This document shows, in pieces, positions 9,760 to 18,479 of a DNA stretch of 64,000 nt. The translations under genes and the position numbers were made by a program. The notes beneath the pieces were generated by a model. The model saw only the letters and a program-made list of their open reading frames with translations, made no database searches and had not been told where the DNA came from. This DNA comes from an uncultured Opitutaceae bacterium. Lineage in GTDB: Bacteria > Verrucomicrobiota > Verrucomicrobiia > Opitutales > Opitutaceae. The first letter of the stretch is position 1, and every line of letters begins with the position of its first letter. The stretch spans positions 10,539 through 74,538 of the forward strand of contig CAIYUN010000041.1 of assembly GCA_903929355.1 (NCBI GenBank). The letters run 5' to 3'.

Positions 9760-10664
9760 CCCCGCCCCCCCGCATCCTCTTCTTCGGCTACAGCGAGGTT
9801 GGCCACGACTGCCTGGCGCTGCTGCTGGAGCGCGACGACAACGTGATCGCGCTGATCACGCATGAGGACAACCCGCACGAGAAAATCTGGTTCCAGACCC
9901 CGGCGCTCGCCGCGCGGGCAAAAGGCATTCCCGTTTTCACGCCGGAAAAGGTGAACACCCCCGAGTGGATCGAGAAAATCGCCGCGCTGCGGCCCGACCT
10001 GATTCTCTCCGTCTATTACCGGAACATGATCAGCTCCAAAATCCTCGCCCTGCCGACGCTCGGGGCGTGGAACATGCACGGCTCGCTTCTGCCCAAATAC
10101 CGCGGCCGCGCGCCCATCAACTGGGCGGTCCTGCAGGGTGAGCCGCGCCTTGGCATGACCCTCCACCGCATGGTCAAGGCCGCCGACGCCGGCGCCATCG
10201 TGGACCAGGACGGCGTGGACCTCGGCCCGCGCGACACCGCCGAGCAGGCCTTCCGCAAGGTCCTGCCCTGCGCGCGCCGGGTGCTCGCCCGGCAGATCGA
10301 CGCGCTTCTCGCCGGCACCGCCCCCGAAACCCCGCAGGATGAGACTCAGGCGACCTATTTTGGCGGGCGCAAACCGGAGGACGGCCGCATCTCCTGGACG
10401 CAGTCCTCGGCCCAGATCTTCAACCTCATCCGGGCCGTGACCGACCCATATCCCGGGGCCTTCACCGACGTCGGTGATGCGCGCCTGATGGTCTGGTGGG
10501 CCGAGCCGGACTCGCCCGCCACGCGGGGCCGCCATGGCCGCCCCGGCGAAATCCTCTCCCTCGCCCCGCTCGTCATCGCCACCGCCAACGGTGCCTTGGA
10601 ACTCACCAAAACCGAGTGGCGAACCGCCCCCGTGCCCGAGTTGCGACTCGGACAGGTCTTGTAG
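9756..10664 (+). CDS. arnA: formyltransferase, equivalent to the ArnA N-terminal domain only
   Basis: Start overlaps the arnC stop by 4 nt. THEDNPHEK...NMHGSLLPKYRGRAPINWAVLQGE...GMTLHRMV closely mirrors the E. coli ArnA formyltransferase domain. No dehydrogenase/decarboxylase domain follows. Confidence 0.85.
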   Translation: MTPPPRILFFGYSEVGHDCLALLLERDDNVIALITHEDNPHEKIWFQTPALAARAKGIPVFTPEKVNTPEWIEKIAALRPDLILSVYYRNMISSKILALPTLGAWNMHGSLLPKYRGRAPINWAVLQGEPRLGMTLHRMVKAADAGAIVDQDGVDLGPRDTAEQAFRKVLPCARRVLARQIDALLAGTAPETPQDETQATYFGGRKPEDGRISWTQSSAQIFNLIRAVTDPYPGAFTDVGDARLMVWWAEPDSPATRGRHGRPGEILSLAPLVIATANGALELTKTEWRTAPVPELRLGQVL

Positions 10665-10740
10665 CCCCCAGGTTAGGTCTGTGACGGCCGCTTCCGTGTT
10701 GCCGCCACCCCGCGCATCCGCTCGACTTTGGCTCCCTCCC

Positions 10741-11736
10741 ATGTCGCATCAACCCGATCCCGCCCGCTACGCCCATCCTGCGCTCTACCGCCGCTGCGGC
10801 CGCCGCGGCCTCCTGCTGCCCAAGCTCGCGCTCGGACTCTGGCACAACTTTGGCACCGCCGACGACGCCGCCAACGCCCGTGCGCTCATCCTCCGCACGT
10901 TTGACCTCGGCATCACCCATTTCGACCTCGCCAACAACTACGGGCCGCCACCCGGCTCCGCGGAGGAGACCTTCGGCCGTGTGCTCCATGCCGACCTCGC
11001 CGCCCACCGCGACGAGCTCATCATCTCCACCAAGGCCGGCTACCTCATGTGGGATGGACCCTACGGCGAATGGGGCTCGCGGAAGTCCCTGCTTGCGTCG
11101 CTCGACCAGTCGCTCCGCCGCCTCGGCCTCGACTACGTGGACATCTTTTACTCACACCGGCCCGACCCCGACACCCCCTTGGAGGAAACCATGGGCGCGC
11201 TCGCCCACGCCGTGAAAAGCGGCAAGGCGCTCTACGCCGCCCTCTCCAACTACAACCCCGAGCAGACCGCCCGCGCCGCCCAGATCCTCCGCGACCTCGG
11301 CACGCCCTGCCTGCTCCACCAGCCCAAATACTCAATGTTTGAGCGCACCCCCGAGAGCGGCCTGTTTGACGTGCTCCTGCGCGAAGGCATCGGTGGCATC
11401 GCATTCAGCCCGCTCGCCCAGGGTCTGCTCACAAACCGCTATCTCGCCGGCATCCCCGCCGACTCCCGCGCCGGGCACGACGCACGCTTTCTCCGTCCCG
11501 AGCATATCACGGAGGCGAAGCTCAGAAAAATCCGCGCCCTCGACGCGCTCGCCCGGTCGCGCGGTCAGGCGCTCGCCCAACTCGCGCTCGCCTGGGTGCT
11601 GCGCGAGCCCGCCATCACCACCGTGCTGATCGGCGCCAGCCGCCCGGCGCAGTTGGAGGAAAATCTCGCGACGCTGGAAAATTCCGCGCTCTCGTCCGCC
11701 GAGCTGGCCGAGATCGAGCGCATCCTCGCCGGATAA
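10741..11736 (+). CDS. aldo/keto reductase (YghZ/Gpr-like)
   Basis: ORF 10534..11736(+). From the Met at 10741 it is collinear with YghZ-type AKRs: LGLWHNFG, DLANNYGPPPGSAEETFG, ELIISTKAG, VLIGASRPAQLEEN. Confidence 0.9.
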   Translation: MSHQPDPARYAHPALYRRCGRRGLLLPKLALGLWHNFGTADDAANARALILRTFDLGITHFDLANNYGPPPGSAEETFGRVLHADLAAHRDELIISTKAGYLMWDGPYGEWGSRKSLLASLDQSLRRLGLDYVDIFYSHRPDPDTPLEETMGALAHAVKSGKALYAALSNYNPEQTARAAQILRDLGTPCLLHQPKYSMFERTPESGLFDVLLREGIGGIAFSPLAQGLLTNRYLAGIPADSRAGHDARFLRPEHITEAKLRKIRALDALARSRGQALAQLALAWVLREPAITTVLIGASRPAQLEENLATLENSALSSAELAEIERILAG

Positions 11737-11757
11737 CTGACCCTTTCGACAACAGAA

Positions 11758-11930
11758 GTGTGCCACAGAGTCCACGGAGGGCAGACCGGGAGTTCACGGA
11801 GAAAACGCCCGGGGACCAATCTGGGAGAGAAGCAACCATCGCCCTTCGTACTGACTACCTTCTGACTTGTTTCAGACGGTCTTTCTCTGTGAACTCCGCC
11901 TTGGTCTCTGTGTTCTCTGTGTCCCATTTC
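11758..11930. repeat. MITE-like element with ~47-nt terminal inverted repeats built of CACAGAG/CACGGAG words
   Basis: Left arm GTGCCACAGAGTCCACGGAGGGCAGACCGGGAGTTCACGGAGAAAAC. The reverse complement of the right arm is GGGACACAGAGAACACAGAGACCAAGGCGGAGTTCACAGAGAAAG. Lies between convergent AKR and moeA. Confidence 0.75.
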
Positions 11931-11950
11931 TGAACTCCGGCATCTGATAG

Positions 11951-13165
11951 TCACCGAGCCCACGCCCAATACTGGGCGACGGTGCCGGCGGGGAACTCGG
12001 TGGGTCCTGGCGGCAGCTCAACCAAACCGTCCGTGCCGACCAGTTCGGCGAAGTCCCCCGAAGTGTTGCACACCGCCGGATGCGCCATGCGGCGGCCGTC
12101 GGGCGTGGAGGCGAGCCGCACGGCATTGAGGCGCGTCAGGGTCGGATGGCCGGGGGTGGCCTCTGCCAGGGGAACCCAGTCGGCGCGCGCGGGAGTGGCG
12201 CCAAGCATTTTCCCGAAAGCGGGCACCACATAACGGCGAAAGCAGACGCTGGCCGAAACCGGGTTGCCGGGAAGCGCAAACACCGGCGTGTGGCGCGGCG
12301 TCACCCCAAACCAGAACGGCTTGCCCGGCCGCTGGGCCACCCCTGCGATTTTTTTCACCACCCCGAGCGCCGCCAGCGCGGCGGGGATGAAGTCAAACTT
12401 CCCCTTGGACACGCCGCCCGTGAGCAGCACCACGTCGAATTCCGCCGTGGCGCGGCGCAGACCCGCCTCAACCTCGGGCCGCAGGTCGCGCAGGTGCAGC
12501 CGCTCGACCCGCGCCGCCAGCCCGCCCGCGAGCAGTGCGGCGCGCAATGCGTAATCGTTGGATTTGCGGACCTGGAACGGCGCGACGGCGGGCGAGTCCA
12601 CCTCCACCAGCTCGTCGCCCGTCGCCACCACGGCGACGCTCGGGAGCATTCCCACCTCAAGGGTCGCGCGGCCACACGCCGCCGCCACCGCCACCTCGAG
12701 CGCCGTGAGCCAACTGCCAGGAGCCACCAGCACCGCTCCCGCCGCGCAGTCGGTACCGCGCCCATGCACATTGGCGCCGGGTGCCAGCCCGGCACCCTCG
12801 GCGACAGTCATCGTCGCGCCCTCGCGGGTGGTTGCCTCGTAGGGCACCACGCAGTCGGCACCCGTGGGGAGCACCGCGCCGGTGGCGATCTCGACACATA
12901 CATCGTCCGCGTGCAGCGCAAGCGGCATCATCCCGGCGCCCTGCAGGCCGGTGACACGAAAGCTCCGCGTGCCGGCGGCCCAGGCGGCGGAACGCAGCGC
13001 AAACCCGTCCATCGTCACGCGGTCAAACGGCGGTAGCGCACGATCAGCCGTGATCGGCGCGCGCAGCACGCGAGCGTGCGCCGACGCGAGCGGGCAGTGT
13101 TCGGCCGGGAGGGAGGAAACATTCTCAAGAATGATGCGCTCGGCATCAGCGGGGGACGGCAGCAT
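11951..13165 (-). CDS. moeA: molybdopterin molybdotransferase
   Basis: ORF 11951..13192(-). MoeA motifs GADCVVPYE, LLTGGVSKGKFDF, QRPGKP. The Met at 13165 is preferred because the first 9 codons are encoded by a REP hairpin. Confidence 0.9.
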   Translation of the reverse strand: MLPSPADAERIILENVSSLPAEHCPLASAHARVLRAPITADRALPPFDRVTMDGFALRSAAWAAGTRSFRVTGLQGAGMMPLALHADDVCVEIATGAVLPTGADCVVPYEATTREGATMTVAEGAGLAPGANVHGRGTDCAAGAVLVAPGSWLTALEVAVAAACGRATLEVGMLPSVAVVATGDELVEVDSPAVAPFQVRKSNDYALRAALLAGGLAARVERLHLRDLRPEVEAGLRRATAEFDVVLLTGGVSKGKFDFIPAALAALGVVKKIAGVAQRPGKPFWFGVTPRHTPVFALPGNPVSASVCFRRYVVPAFGKMLGATPARADWVPLAEATPGHPTLTRLNAVRLASTPDGRRMAHPAVCNTSGDFAELVGTDGLVELPPGPTEFPAGTVAQYWAWAR

Positions 13166-13259
13166 GGGGGGAGTTGGGGTAGGAGCCTGCATGCAGGCGA
13201 AGTTCGAAAACCTGATCCGCCCGTGGCACGGAGGCCAGCGTACATTTTGTCCGTTTGAT

Positions 13260-13371
13260 GGTGGAGCGCGTTGACCCCAACGCGCTGGTTTGACCTGGAG
13301 CCGCGACGCCCTCGTCGCGGTCTGTGGCTCGGTGCGCTAAAGCCAGCGCATTGGGGTCAATGCGCTCCACC
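13260..13371. repeat. REP-A element (two inverted A units around a central hairpin)
   Basis: GGTGGAGCGCGTTGACCCCAACGCGCTGG ... CCGCGACGCCCTCGTCGCGG ... CCAGCGCATTGGGGTCAATGCGCTCCACC. Confidence 0.8.
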
Positions 13372-13455
13372 TGCAACCATCTGCCCCAGCAGCCAAAAGG
13401 CCTTGTCTCGCCCGCGGCGCGGGCGAAGGCTCCTGATCAATCCCCCCCGAGCAGA

Positions 13456-13752
13456 ATGCCCATCAACCAATACATTCTCCTCATCCAGGATAACGCGAAA
13501 AGTCGGGCCACCGCCGCGGAGTGGGGGCAATTCTTAACCGCAGCGAAAAAGAGCGGGATGTTTTACGGCGGCAGCGAAATCGGAAATCGCGAGGTGCTGG
13601 GCGACACCGATTTGGCGCGACCGACCCAACCCATCACGGGCTACATGCGCTTTGACACGGACGACAAGCCGAAGCTGCTTGAACTGCTGCAGAGCCATCC
13701 CGTGGTCAGGCACGGGGGAGCGGTGGAACTGTGCGAGCTGCCAAAATCGTGA
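13456..13752 (+). CDS. YCII-like domain protein (hypothetical)
   Basis: ORF 13324..13752(+). The Met at 13456 gives 98 aa (MPINQYILLIQDN...VELCELPKS) with YciI-like N- and C-terminal patterns. The upstream part of the ORF is REP-encoded. Confidence 0.55.
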   Translation: MPINQYILLIQDNAKSRATAAEWGQFLTAAKKSGMFYGGSEIGNREVLGDTDLARPTQPITGYMRFDTDDKPKLLELLQSHPVVRHGGAVELCELPKS

Positions 13753-14082
13753 GAAGCGCTTTCACCCCATGGGTGATTTCTATTCACGTGAACCGGTGCC
13801 GCTTTGACGCATTGTTTTATATGGTGTGCCTGCCGCCGCTGGCGTTGCGGCACTTGGGTGTTGGGGAAACGACCAACGCCTGTACCTTTACGCTGTCTTT
13901 TGCGGAGCGTTCGTTGGTGGACTCATTGGATGTTTTGGGGATGTCTGTTGACCGGCGCCGCATTGAGGTTATTGAATCTTTTGAATAAGATATGATGCAA
14001 GTTTAGCTTCCCTGGGGCAGCACTGAAATGGCCACATGAAGTTTGGTTTTCTTGCCCCGTTGTGCTTCTGTGCGCGCCGCCC

Positions 14083-15099
14083 ATGACCCAACCCCGCGAC
14101 CCGTTCAACCGCCCGCTGCGCGACCTGCGCATCTCGGTGACCGACCGCTGCAACTTCCGCTGCCCTTACTGCATGCCGGCGGAGGTGTTCGGGCCGGGCC
14201 ATGCGTTTCTGCGGGACCCGCAGTTGATGACGCGGCCGGAGATTGTGCGTCTGGCCGGGGCGTTCGTCGCGCTCGGGGTGGAGAAAATCCGCCTGACCGG
14301 CGGCGAACCGCTGCTGCGCGCCGACGTGCCGGAGCTCGTCCGCGCGCTCAAACAGGACCTGCATGTGCCCGACGTGGCGCTCACCACCAACGGCTGGCTG
14401 CTGGAAAAACGCGCGGCCGAGCTGCGCGCCGCCGGCCTCGACCGCGTGAATGTGTCGCTCGACTCGCTTGACCCCGCCACCGCCGGCCGGATGAACGGAC
14501 TGGGCTTCACCCCCGACCGGGTGCTGCGTGGCATCGCCGCAGCCGCAGCGGCCGGGTTGCCGGTCAAACTCAACATGGTGGTGCAGCGCGGGGTGAACGA
14601 TGGAGAAATCCTGACCATGGCGGAATTCGCCCGGGCCCGCCGCCACACGCTGCGCTTCATCGAGTTCATGGATGTCGGCAATACCAACCACTGGTCGGCG
14701 GCGCAGGTGGTGCCAGCCCACGAAATCGTGGCGCGCGTGGGGGCCAAATGGCCGCTGGAGCCGGCCGGGCCGGCCTACCGGGGTGAGGTGGCGTCGCGCT
14801 ACCGCTACCGCGACGGTCGGGGTGAGATTGGTCTGATCTCCTCGGTCACGGAGCCCTTCTGCAAGGACTGCCACCGCGCCCGCCTTTCGGCCGACGGCAA
14901 GATCTACACCTGCCTCTTCACCGCGCTGGGCTGGGATGTGCTGGGTGCCCTGCGGGCCGGCGCCGACGACGAGGGGCTGCGCGCCTATTTGGCCCGGGTG
15001 TGGGGCGGCCGGCTCGACCGCTACAGCGACGAGCGGGCCGAGTTGCTCGCCCGCGGCGAGCTGCGGCCCAAAGTGGAGATGAGCTATATCGGGGGGTAG
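14083..15099 (+). CDS. moaA: GTP 3',8-cyclase (radical SAM)
   Basis: LRISVTDRCNFRCPYCMP CxxxCxxC motif; MoaA-length ORF; ATG at 14083 (GTG at 14062 also possible). Confidence 0.95.
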   Translation: MTQPRDPFNRPLRDLRISVTDRCNFRCPYCMPAEVFGPGHAFLRDPQLMTRPEIVRLAGAFVALGVEKIRLTGGEPLLRADVPELVRALKQDLHVPDVALTTNGWLLEKRAAELRAAGLDRVNVSLDSLDPATAGRMNGLGFTPDRVLRGIAAAAAAGLPVKLNMVVQRGVNDGEILTMAEFARARRHTLRFIEFMDVGNTNHWSAAQVVPAHEIVARVGAKWPLEPAGPAYRGEVASRYRYRDGRGEIGLISSVTEPFCKDCHRARLSADGKIYTCLFTALGWDVLGALRAGADDEGLRAYLARVWGGRLDRYSDERAELLARGELRPKVEMSYIGG

Positions 15100-15205
15100 G
15101 GGCGGCGCTCGAGCCGACCGCGGCCGCCACAGAGTGACGTCCCGATGCCGGCCGCCGGGAAAACATTGCCTTGCGGCGGAAGACACGGCAGGGTGCTCCG
15201 TCCCG

Positions 15206-16513
15206 ATGCCTGATCTGCCGTCCACCTTTGCCTTGCTGGGCCTGCTCCTGCTGGCGCGCGGATTCTTTGCCCTGGCCGAGTTTGCGGTGCGCGGAGCGCA
15301 CAAGGGCCGGCTCCAAAAGCTGGCCGACGCGGGCGACGCCCGGGCCCGCCAGGCACTGGCCACGGCCGGCGTCCCGGCCCCGGCTTTGTCGGCCACGAGG
15401 GGATGCGTGACCCTCACCACCCTGCTGCTCGGCGCGCTGACGGGCCGGCCCTTGGTGGACGCCCTGACGGGCGCCTGGGGCGGGTGGCGCGGAGCCGCCT
15501 GGGCCGCCGTGGTCGCCGTGCTCACCCTGGCCGCCGTGGTCGCCGGCGAGGTCGTCCCTCGCCGGATCGTACGGCGCTCCCCGGAGCGGCTGGCGGTCGC
15601 ACTCGCCGGGGTCGTGGGCGCGCTCACCCGGCTGTTCGCGCCGGTGGTTCGAGCGCTCGACACGATGGTGGACACGGCCCTGCGGCCTTTCGGGGTCGTG
15701 CCGCCCCCCGCCGCCGTGACCAATGAGGAAGTCGGCCAGCTCATGGAGCAGGGCATCAACGCCGGGGTGTTTCACCGGACGGAAAAGGCCATGGTCGCCG
15801 GCGTGCTGCGGCTCGACGAGTTGCCCGTGACCGCGTTGATGACCCCCCGCCCGCGCATCGTGTTTCTCAACCTCGACGACCCCGACGAGACCAACTGGCG
15901 CAAAATCGTCACCAGCGGCCACTCGCATTTCCCGGTCTATCAGGCCAGCCGCGACCAGGTCGCGGGCATGGTGGCGGTGAAGGCGATCTGGGCCAACTCC
16001 GCCTTCGGCCTCTCCACCAACCTGAAAAATCTGCTCACCCCGCCGGTGATCGTACCGGAAACCATGACGGCCATCCAACTGCTCGAACAGTTCAAGCAGT
16101 CCGGGCGGCACCGCGCGCTCGTGGCCGACGAGTTCGGCGCCATCCAGGGGATGGTGACACTGATGGATGTGCTCGAGGCCGTCGTCGGCGACCTGCCCGA
16201 GCGGGGACGGCGTGAGGCGCCCGCCGTCCGGCCCCAAACTGACGGCACCTGGCTGGTGGACGCCACGCTGCCCACGGAGGAGCTCAAGACGCTGCTCAAG
16301 GTTTCCGCGCTGCCCGAGGAAGGCTCCGCCGGTTATCAGACCCTGGGTGGCCTGGTGATGACGCAGCTCGGACGAATGCCGCGCGCCGGCGACCACTTTG
16401 AGCTCCCCGGGTGGCGTTTCGAGGTCACCGAGATGGACCGTCAGCGCGTGGACAAGGTGCGGGTGAGCCGGGTCCAGGCCGTTGCGGACAACGTGTCGGC
16501 AACCGTCGAATAA
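15206..16513 (+). CDS. hemolysin-family/CNNM transporter (DUF21-CBS pair-CorC_HlyC)
   Basis: ORF 15134..16513(+). N-terminal TM DUF21 region, CBS-pair region (HSHFPVY...RHRALVADEFGAIQGMVTLMDVLE) and a C-terminal CorC-type domain. Confidence 0.85.
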   Translation: MPDLPSTFALLGLLLLARGFFALAEFAVRGAHKGRLQKLADAGDARARQALATAGVPAPALSATRGCVTLTTLLLGALTGRPLVDALTGAWGGWRGAAWAAVVAVLTLAAVVAGEVVPRRIVRRSPERLAVALAGVVGALTRLFAPVVRALDTMVDTALRPFGVVPPPAAVTNEEVGQLMEQGINAGVFHRTEKAMVAGVLRLDELPVTALMTPRPRIVFLNLDDPDETNWRKIVTSGHSHFPVYQASRDQVAGMVAVKAIWANSAFGLSTNLKNLLTPPVIVPETMTAIQLLEQFKQSGRHRALVADEFGAIQGMVTLMDVLEAVVGDLPERGRREAPAVRPQTDGTWLVDATLPTEELKTLLKVSALPEEGSAGYQTLGGLVMTQLGRMPRAGDHFELPGWRFEVTEMDRQRVDKVRVSRVQAVADNVSATVE

Positions 16514-16575
16514 AATCCGGCAAGTTCCGTTTGCCATTTCCCCGCCCCGCGCGAAATTCCGCCCATGGCCGAACC

Positions 16576-17505
16576 ATGCAAGACCCACTCACCGGCAAAC
16601 CGACCCGCGTCCGCGGCCAAGCCCTCCCCGGCGCGGACGAGCGGCGCGCCCTTCAGCACGATCACGAGCGACGACTGGAGGCGCTCGATCGTCTCGGCGC
16701 GTTCGCAGCCGAATGTGGCGTGGCAACAGATCCAGACCGCGATCTCGTCACACTCCCGGAAGACGCCATAAGCCTGCTGGAGCTGGGCGACCCGCTCTGG
16801 GCGCAACTGGGCGGGGCGATCCGGGAATGGCGGGCGCTCACCCCGCTCTGCACCTTGGAGGATTTTGGGTTTCCACCCGGCCCGGCGATCAATCTGGAGG
16901 AGGCGAGCCTGCGGCTGCGCTACCTGCACAGCGGAGTGGAGGCCTCGGCCTTCGTCGCGCTGCCGGACCAGTCGGTTTATAAGTTTTACCGGCCGGTCGA
17001 GGGCACGGAAAAGCTCGTGGGCAGCACCTTTGCCTTCCGGCCGGGCGAGGAGCAGCTGCTGCAGGCCGAAGCGTGTCCCGGCAATTACCGCGCGCTGTTT
17101 GAGAAACTGCTGCTGATTGACGCGCTGGGCGTGGCGACAGAGATCGTGGGAGTGACGCCGGAGGGCATTGTCGTGGCGAAGCAACCCTTGGGCGAGCCCC
17201 TGCCGCAGGGGGAGGACATGTCGCAACGTCTGCCGCCGGAGCTGATCGAGATCCCGTCCCGCTTTCTACGGGCCAACCGGGACCACCCCCGACTGTGTTT
17301 CCTCGCCGGGCGGGCCTGGCTGGTCGCGGACCTGCACGCGCGCAACTTTGTGCGCTGCAGCGACGGAGGGCTGCGCGTGATTGACCTCGTGGCCGCGCCC
17401 TGGCCGGAGCCGACGGGCAGCCCCCTCATCGCCGACTGGCTCGCCCGCGTGCGCGAAAACCCGCAGGCCGGCGTCCTGCGCCCGGTCGCCGACGCCGATT
17501 TGTAA
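16576..17505 (+). CDS. hypothetical protein, possible atypical kinase fold
   Basis: ORF 16411..17505(+), Met at 16576. The C-terminal half has kinase-like strings SVYKFY, LVADLHARNF, LRVIDLV. No confident family. Confidence 0.5.
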   Translation: MQDPLTGKPTRVRGQALPGADERRALQHDHERRLEALDRLGAFAAECGVATDPDRDLVTLPEDAISLLELGDPLWAQLGGAIREWRALTPLCTLEDFGFPPGPAINLEEASLRLRYLHSGVEASAFVALPDQSVYKFYRPVEGTEKLVGSTFAFRPGEEQLLQAEACPGNYRALFEKLLLIDALGVATEIVGVTPEGIVVAKQPLGEPLPQGEDMSQRLPPELIEIPSRFLRANRDHPRLCFLAGRAWLVADLHARNFVRCSDGGLRVIDLVAAPWPEPTGSPLIADWLARVRENPQAGVLRPVADADL

Positions 17506-17526
17506 GGCGGGATCAAGCAGCCCGAT

Positions 17527-17701
17527 TTAACCTCGGATAACACGGATGAACCCGGATCCGGCGATTAACTGGGTTGCTTCCGAGGGTAGGGCGTGACCAA
17601 CGCCGGGCGCGCCGTCTGGGAGGTTTGGTTGCCCTGGCCCAAATTCAGGTCGGACGAGCCATCGGCATTGTCCGTGTCCATCCGCGTTATCCGTGGTTAA
17701 A
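17527..17701. repeat. MITE-like element with CACGGAT-word inverted arms around a GAGGGTAGGGC-type REP
   Basis: Left arm TTAACCTCGGATAACACGGATGAACCCGGATCC; right arm TGTCCGTGTCCATCCGCGTTATCCGTGGTTAAA. The interior is similar to 5041..5100. Confidence 0.6.
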
Positions 17702-17794
17702 TTTCTGCCTCCCGCCATCAATCCGTGGTTGGCTCCGTGACCTCCCGGTCTGATCCTCTGTGCCCTCTGTGCCCCACTCCGGTTGTCCGCCCGC

Positions 17795-18331
17795 TCAGCC
17801 CTTCGGCTTCTCGGTCTTTCCTTCCGCCGGCTCGCGGGAGATAAAATCCAGGATGTTCTCGGCCTGCTTGGTGGTCACGCCGGTGTCGTGATAGACGATC
17901 TTGCCATCCTTGACGACATACGCCTCGCGGCTGGCGAAGAGCAGGCTGCTCTGGCCGAAAGCCTTGATGACCTTCCGGTCGGTATCGGCGATCAGGGTGA
18001 AGGGGAAATGGTTGTCGGCCTTGAACTTCTTCTGCGCCTCGACCGAGTCGGTGCTCACCCCGAAGATGGCAACCCCCTTCTGGGCGAGTTCGGCAAAGCC
18101 GTCGCGCAATGAGCAGCCCTGCGCGGTGCAGCCGGGCGTGCCGGCCTTGGGGTAAAAATAGACCACGGTGTATTTGTTCTTCGCATAGACGTCGGCGAGG
18201 TTGAGGGTCGTGCCGGCATCGGTGGCAAGGCCGGTGACGACCGGCGCGACGCTGCCGATCTTGAGCGGGTCGCCGAAGAGCGCGTTGAACATGGTGAGGA
18301 AAAGGACGGTCGGAAGGACGAGACGGGTCAT
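17795..18331 (-). CDS. bcp: thiol peroxidase / peroxiredoxin Bcp, with signal peptide
   Basis: YFYPKAGTPGCTAQGCSLRD peroxidatic Cys motif; N-terminal hydrophobic leader. Confidence 0.9.
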   Translation of the reverse strand: MTRLVLPTVLFLTMFNALFGDPLKIGSVAPVVTGLATDAGTTLNLADVYAKNKYTVVYFYPKAGTPGCTAQGCSLRDGFAELAQKGVAIFGVSTDSVEAQKKFKADNHFPFTLIADTDRKVIKAFGQSSLLFASREAYVVKDGKIVYHDTGVTTKQAENILDFISREPAEGKTEKPKG

Positions 18332-18382
18332 GGCAGGCTATGGACCCTGCCGGGAGGAAAAAGTTCTGGCAAGCCCACGAGA

Positions 18383-18418
18383 GATTTTCGAATTTGGATT
18401 TTCGTTTTGGATTTAAGG
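18383..18418. repeat. CCAAAAT word repeat (inverted orientation)
   Basis: GATTTTCGAATTTGGATTTTCGTTTTGGATTTAAGG, upstream of bcp. Confidence 0.7.
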
Positions 18419-18450
18419 TCCATGCGGTGCTCAGCCTCAGGTCGCTTGCA

Positions 18451-18479
18451 CCAGCGCGTTGAGGTCAACTCGCTCCACC
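18451..18479. repeat. REP-A single unit
   Basis: CCAGCGCGTTGAGGTCAACTCGCTCCACC; overlaps the 3' end of ORF 18465..19121. Confidence 0.7.

Noticed and set aside
13753-14082. Moco riboswitch upstream of moaA.
   Set aside because: The context is right, but I could not see the conserved core strings I remember for the motif. It is kept only as a low-interest finding that needs a covariance-model search.
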